Assembly (NCBI RefSeq): GCF_000143415.4
Contig: NW_003314337.1
Coordinates: 202,559-266,558 of the forward strand
DNA: 64,000 bases
DNA from: Selaginella moellendorffii
Taxonomy: Eukaryota > Plantae > Lycopodiophyta
Direction of reading: 5' to 3'
Shown here: positions 58,080-64,000 of the stretch, one piece after another
Layout of the letters: each line of letters begins with the position of its first letter
Numbering within the stretch: position 1 is the stretch's first letter
Translations under genes and position numbers: made by a program
Notes under the pieces: model-generated
What the model was told of the DNA's origin: nothing
What the model saw: only the letters and a program-made list of their open reading frames with translations
Databases searched by the model: none

Positions 58080-61000
58080 TATAGCACACCTAAATTTGGA
58101 GCTGAATTCTAAGCCCGTTGCACTCTGAAACGAGGGTTTGGTACAATCCCATGAACACCAGCTCCCCGTATCCAGCACCTATATGCAAAATGGTGTCAAA
58201 GAGTGTTTGGCACAATTTTGGTATACTAGTGGCCTGATGTGAGGAAGAGGGTACCCTACCAACTAAAGCAGCATGGAGCTTGTGCTTAGACCCAAGCCAA
58301 ATGCAGAATAAGGAACAACATAGCCCAGTGGAAGCCAAACTAATATCTCAAATGGTTGGATATACATTTTAACTACTATCCCTACTATACATTTGGAACC
58401 CCTATAGCCCCCTCCCCCTTGAGGAACACACACTTTGAGCTTTCACCCCAAGCCTCCTTTAGTACCAGGAGTTAGTCTTTGGGACAAACTCAAAACTTAT
58501 TAAATATGGAATGTCTTTAAATTGCGAATTTAGACACGAGATGAACACCATTGTGTTCAGAACAATCTCTACACTCTATAAATATGCTAAATGAGTAAAT
58601 CTAGACATTTTCCATAAATAACATTTGGGATTGAAATGAGACTAACACAAAGGACACAATAGCGAAGGTGTTTGAAAAACACAGTAAGCTATCATGTAGC
58701 GATATTGAGGGACTAGACTCAATATGTGAGGGGCCAATAGTATCAACCTCTTGCCATCATGGCAATAAGGAGAGAATGCTTATAAGGATTGGCCGACAAG
58801 TATCTTTCGATACCTGAAGTTATATTTATGACACTCTCCCCCCCTTGGGGAAGATCGATGTCCTTGTTGATGCATACTCGAGTTTAGCAAACCGTCAAGG
58901 AAACAACTCTAAAAGTTAATGGAAAGCACACTATGTGGGAAACACACTGACTTAAATGAGTTATGGAACTACCTCCCCTCTACGTCCGAAGACGTTAAAA
59001 CTCAAACACCCTTCGACTGTCATTGACAAGTAAATGACTAATGGAGTTAGCCACCCTTGCTGCTCCGAGTACCACTCAGCTTACAAAGGAATGATACATC
59101 CCTGCCTGCAAGGACATAAGGAGAAAGCTAGAGGCCCAACTTCCTCTGAGCAAGAAATCAACCCCGTTGGGAAAATTTAGACAACTATTATAAACTGGTA
59201 GATAAGTTGTTTACATGACCATGCCCCTTTGCAAAAATGAGTCATTGAGAGAGAAGCAAGGACTTGTGATCAGTCTATAATAGTGATCCCCATGGTTATG
59301 GATTGAACCCATGCACTGAAGTGCCAAAGTCAGCCTACCAAAACTAACCCAAGTACTAACAAACGAGAGAAACAAAACTAGAAATATATTACTTTATTGA
59401 TTTATAAGATTTATTATAAGATTTACAAAAACTTGTTTTTATTACTATTCTCATACTCCATGACAAGTTCATAAGCATATGTAAGATTACTAAGAGGCTC
59501 CCAAGTTAATTCACAAGTTGGGTAACCTTTCCACTTAACTAGATACTCTCGACATTTGGCACATTTAAGCCAGTGTGTATCCAAAATAGCATCCACTTTA
59601 TATTCAGGTTCACTATCCACAACTTCTGGTGATGGACGAATCACCCCTTGCCATGCAATATCCATAGTGTAAGAAACCAATAAATTGGCATGAAAAAACA
59701 TTATGAACATTAGATATCTCTGCAGGAAGATCCAACCAATAGGATACATCACCAATTCGTTTCAACACTTGATAGGGTCCAATATATCTTGGTAATAGCT
59801 TCCACAATAAAGATCCCTTAATGTTCAAGTCTCGAGAAGATAGCCACATTTGATCTCCCACTTGATAGTATACATCCCAACAATGTTGATTCTTATCACG
59901 TTGATATCTATCCTAAGCTTTGCCCATCGCCTCAATAACTCTAGACCAACCTTGGCATAACTGCTTTGCATAAGTCTTAACAGTTGGGATTAACACTTCG
60001 GACATTGGTTTCGATATAACAATCTGTTGAGGCACCCATGAGCATTCCTTTGCAGCATCTCCCATGGAGAACAGCCAATAGTGCTATGAAATGTGTTGTT
60101 ATAACATATTTCTACTGTGTCAAAATGCTCAACCCAGTCACATTGGTCTGCCGCGACATAGTATCGCAAATAATCCTCAACTTAAGTATTCACACATTTG
60201 GTTTGCCCATTAATTTGAGGATGATAAGCTGTACTAAACTTTAATTTGGTACTGAACAATTGGAATAGTGTGCCCCAAAAATTCCTTGTAAATCTTGAAT
60301 CTCTATCCAAGATCATCTCTTCGGGAAAACCATGAACCCGCACTACTTCATGGAAAAAGAGCTTTGCTGCTTGTTTTGCATTCATTTTTCCCACAGTTGG
60401 AATGAAGTGTGCAATCTTTGATAACTTATCCACAACCACCATCAAAGTATCATAACCCTTAGACTTCAGCAAGCAAGTGACGAAATTAAGTATCACACTT
60501 TGAAATGGCTATATTAGTGCTAGAATGCATTGCAACTTTCCAGTTTGCTTCTCAATTCTATGCTTACATTGCTAGTATATAGGGCAGGAATGGACATAGT
60601 CCGCTACATCATTTTCTATACCAAACTAGAAAAATCCCTTTTTCAATGAAGCTAGAGTTTTTCGCTTTCCACCTGTCCCGCTGCTAGAACATCATAATGT
60701 TCTTGCAAAAACAACTGTTGCAGGACCCTTAGAGGGAAGATACAATCTTTCTTATTTATAAAATATAAGCCCATCCTGAACTAAAAAGTTAAGTTTCGCA
60801 TTATTTTGACTAGCAACTTTTGCTGCTTCACTACCAGGGTTCTGCTTCAATAACTTTGCATGGAGCAAGATTGCCTTCACCAATAGATCACTTCCATACA
60901 AAGCCCGAACATCCTTCGACTAGTCCAAACTGATTGCTGATATTGCCCAGAACTGAGCTTGACAACTCAATGCATCCGGAACAATATTGTCTTTACCAGG

Positions 61001-64000
61001 TTTATATATGATTTCAATATCATATCTAGCAAGCTTCTCTTGCCAACAAGCCTACTTCAGCGTAAGCTTTGGCTACGTAGCAAAGTAGCTTAATATGTTA
61101 CTATTCTTATAAACCTTGATGTGTCCACCCAAGTAGTGTCTCAAGTATTCCAATGTCGACACTATAGCAAACATCTCTTTCTTATATGTTGACCATCTTT
61201 GTTGGGTTTCATCCAATTTCTTGGAATAGAACGCAACGGGACAACCATGTCACCTTAGCATAACACCAACCACTTTGTCACAATTTTACTGCAACATGGC
61301 ACCAATAGTATAGCTAGATGTATCACAATGCACTTCAAAGGGTTTATCAAGATCTAGGATCCTGAGAATAGAAACCATAGTCAAGATCTCCTTCAACTGT
61401 ACAAAAGCATGCTGACAAGCTAGTGTCCAATGAAATGGTATATTACTCTTCGTCAACTCAGTCAATCGAAGAGCAATTCATGCAAAATTGCGGACAAACT
61501 TGTGATAGTATCCCACTAAACTGAGAAAGGAATGAACATCTGATATAGCGGTTGGGACTTCCCAGGACTTCATTGCTTCCACTTTCTTTGAATCTACTTC
61601 AATTATGCTACCACCAACTATATATCTGAGAAAGTTTATGTGTAATTATCCGAAAGTACATTTACTTTCCTTAATATATAGTTTGTGTTCACGTAATTTT
61701 TGAAACACTAGCTCCAAGTATTTCAAATGATCCTCCAACATTTCACTGAAAACTAATATGTCCAAATAATCTTTGAATATTCTATCCATCATAGTGCTGA
61801 ATGTTGCTAAAGCATTGCATAATCCAAATGGCATGACAAGGAACTTATAAGATCTGTACCAAGTCTTAAAGGCTGTCTTCTCCACATCCTGATCTGCCAC
61901 CCATATTTAATGATATCCGAACTGCAAATCAAGTCATGTAAAATACTTAGCCTTTAAGAGTTGTTCTAAAAAGTCATCAATGTGAGGCAAACAATAATTG
62001 TTTTTAACTGTGATCTTGTTGAATGCTTGATAGTTGATACACATCCTCATGATTCCATCCTTTTTCATAACAAAAAGGACCGATGCTACATAAGGTGACT
62101 TGCTTGGTCGGATATAACTTTTGTCAAGAAGCTTTGTGAGTTGTTTCTTGAGTTCAACCATCTCTTTGATGTTTATACAATACAGAGCCTTTGTAGGTGG
62201 TGTAGAACCTAGAATGACCTTAATCCAGTAATCAACCTCATGGCTAGGAGGTAGCCTTGGCGGCAAATCCTTCAGAAAGATATCCTGACTCCTCACCAAC
62301 AACTCCAATATCTTCTTTGGTACAGGATTAACCCTATCGCTGATTCAAATTGAGTCACTAACACCCTCAGCTTCCATTACTTGAACCCAAAAGGTCTAAC
62401 ATCCTTTTTTAGCTGCTTTTTGAGCGACTCTCACGATTAGGAACTTAGCATCCCAATCTTTTGAGGAATGCTTTTGTAACTGGAAGGACACACCAGGATG
62501 TTCTTCTAAATTCAATATAATATGACTTTATCTAGCACCATAAGTCCCTTTAATATATTTGTTGAAGAAATCCATACCAAACACCATCTAAAAATCTATC
62601 TTCAACACTACCAAGTCCACTTTTTCTTTCCACTTAGATATTTTCATTGAAACATCACTTACAAATTTTCTAGCTATTTGCCCACCTCCCACAAACTAAA
62701 AGTGCATGGGCAACATCTATTCAGCATTCAATCCTAATAATTTAACTAAATCTTCGGATATCATGTTGTGCGTATTTTGTGTCAATCATCACTCGGATTC
62801 AGTGTCCACGGACAAAGCCTACTAGATACATTAATGGATCAATGTTTGCATTGACTGCGAGAAAAGCTTGAGGAAAGCAACGAAAATAACTCACCTCCTC
62901 TTCCTCATAATTTGCATTGACCAACTCGTCAACCCCTTTAACTTCACCACCACCGTCTTCCCTCATGACATTAACACAAAACATTATCTTATGTTTGGTA
63001 GGACATTCCAAAGACCTATGTCCTGACTCTCCATAATAGAAGTGGTGAGCCACACCACTTATTTCACTAGGAGCAAGTTTCACAGGTTGCTACTGCTTGT
63101 ACCCACCAAGAGGAAGAACAGAGGGCCTAGGACTAGAAGAAGCTGCTAATGGTCTCCAACCACCACCACCTTTGTTAACTATTGCTTGTGAGCCTTTAGG
63201 GTGGAATTTGCTTTTCACCCTTTGTTTTTAATCACCTTGTTTATTCCCAAAATTCTTATTCTCATCCTAGGTACTAGCATATGGCTGTTGGTATTGTTCC
63301 ATGAGTGAGTGATTAAAGGCAACTTGTTGCACTATCTCCTTACACTCCAAGTATGTCTTTGGCTTAAACTTCAAAATCTCATTGCGAGAAAGTAAACTTA
63401 AACATTCCAAGAAATAACTTCAAGCATTTTCATCACTCATATCTGCAATCATAATGCACTTCTGAGCAAATGCATTAACATAATGCATGAGGTCTTCTCA
63501 CTGCTTTAACCGTCACAGCTCTGTGTGAAGTCTCAGACCAAGATCATTCGGCAAGTATTCCTTATGGATACGAGATTGCACCTTGGTCCAACTTTTAGTT
63601 TGCCCTTTTTCAGCACACACCTGGAACCACTAAGTTTTGGTATGATTGGTGAGAAAGGATTGTGCACACATAACTTTCGTACGATCATCTATATCTGCCG
63701 CTATGAAATAGTTTTCCATATCATAGACCCAGTCTTCCAAAACCTAATAGTCCCACATGCCTCTGAAATTGGGTAGTTTCAGAGGCTTGAACTTTGAAAC
63801 TCATACAATTGGAGGTGGTTGCAAAACTTTACCATCCTCAGAACTTGAAGAGGAGTCCAATTGCTTAGGTTTACCTGGTTTAGCCATCTTAGCTTCTTTC
63901 TTCCTCTTCTTGTTCTCCTTCTTCAATTTGCGAACTTCCCTTTACAAATTCTTGATCTCAACTTTTTAAGCTGTACACTATAGTGCTGCAGCATTTGGCT
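58080..64000 (-). mobile_element. Element C: decayed copy of the element B chromovirus family nested in element D; runs off the window
   Basis: 3' LTR 58080-58833, PPT 58834-58845, then chromodomain, IN, RH, RT, PR and gag collinear with element B but with many stops caused by C>T and G>A changes. Confidence 0.95.

Overview
Land-plant nuclear DNA. Introns of about 48-70 nt, intergenic spacers of about 100 bp and an intronless PLS-class PPR gene point to a lycophyte such as Selaginella (inference). Positions 1-12.3 kb hold seven tightly packed intron-containing genes: an aldo-keto reductase, an Obg-type GTPase (OBGC2-like), a HAD phosphatase, a class-3 lipase/P-loop protein, an unknown gene, a CRT-like transporter and a Sororin-like gene. 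From about 12.45 kb to the end the window is an AT-rich, CG/CHG-depleted transposon region. It contains Helitron-like relics (RepHel N-terminal Zn finger, RPA1) next to a chain of captured gene fragments, including a laccase piece and a piece of the neighbouring lipase gene. It also contains a young non-autonomous LARD-like LTR element (24045-38747) with a near-complete chromovirus nested inside it (26850-34257), one intact PPR gene, and a second older LARD copy carrying four further nested LTR insertions. The most notable observation is a long RNA secondary-structure domain with compensatory base changes between pol and the PPT, extending into U3. It is shared by the autonomous chromovirus and its non-coding partner. 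All alignments were done by eye, so exon and element boundaries are approximate unless a TSD or terminus is quoted.
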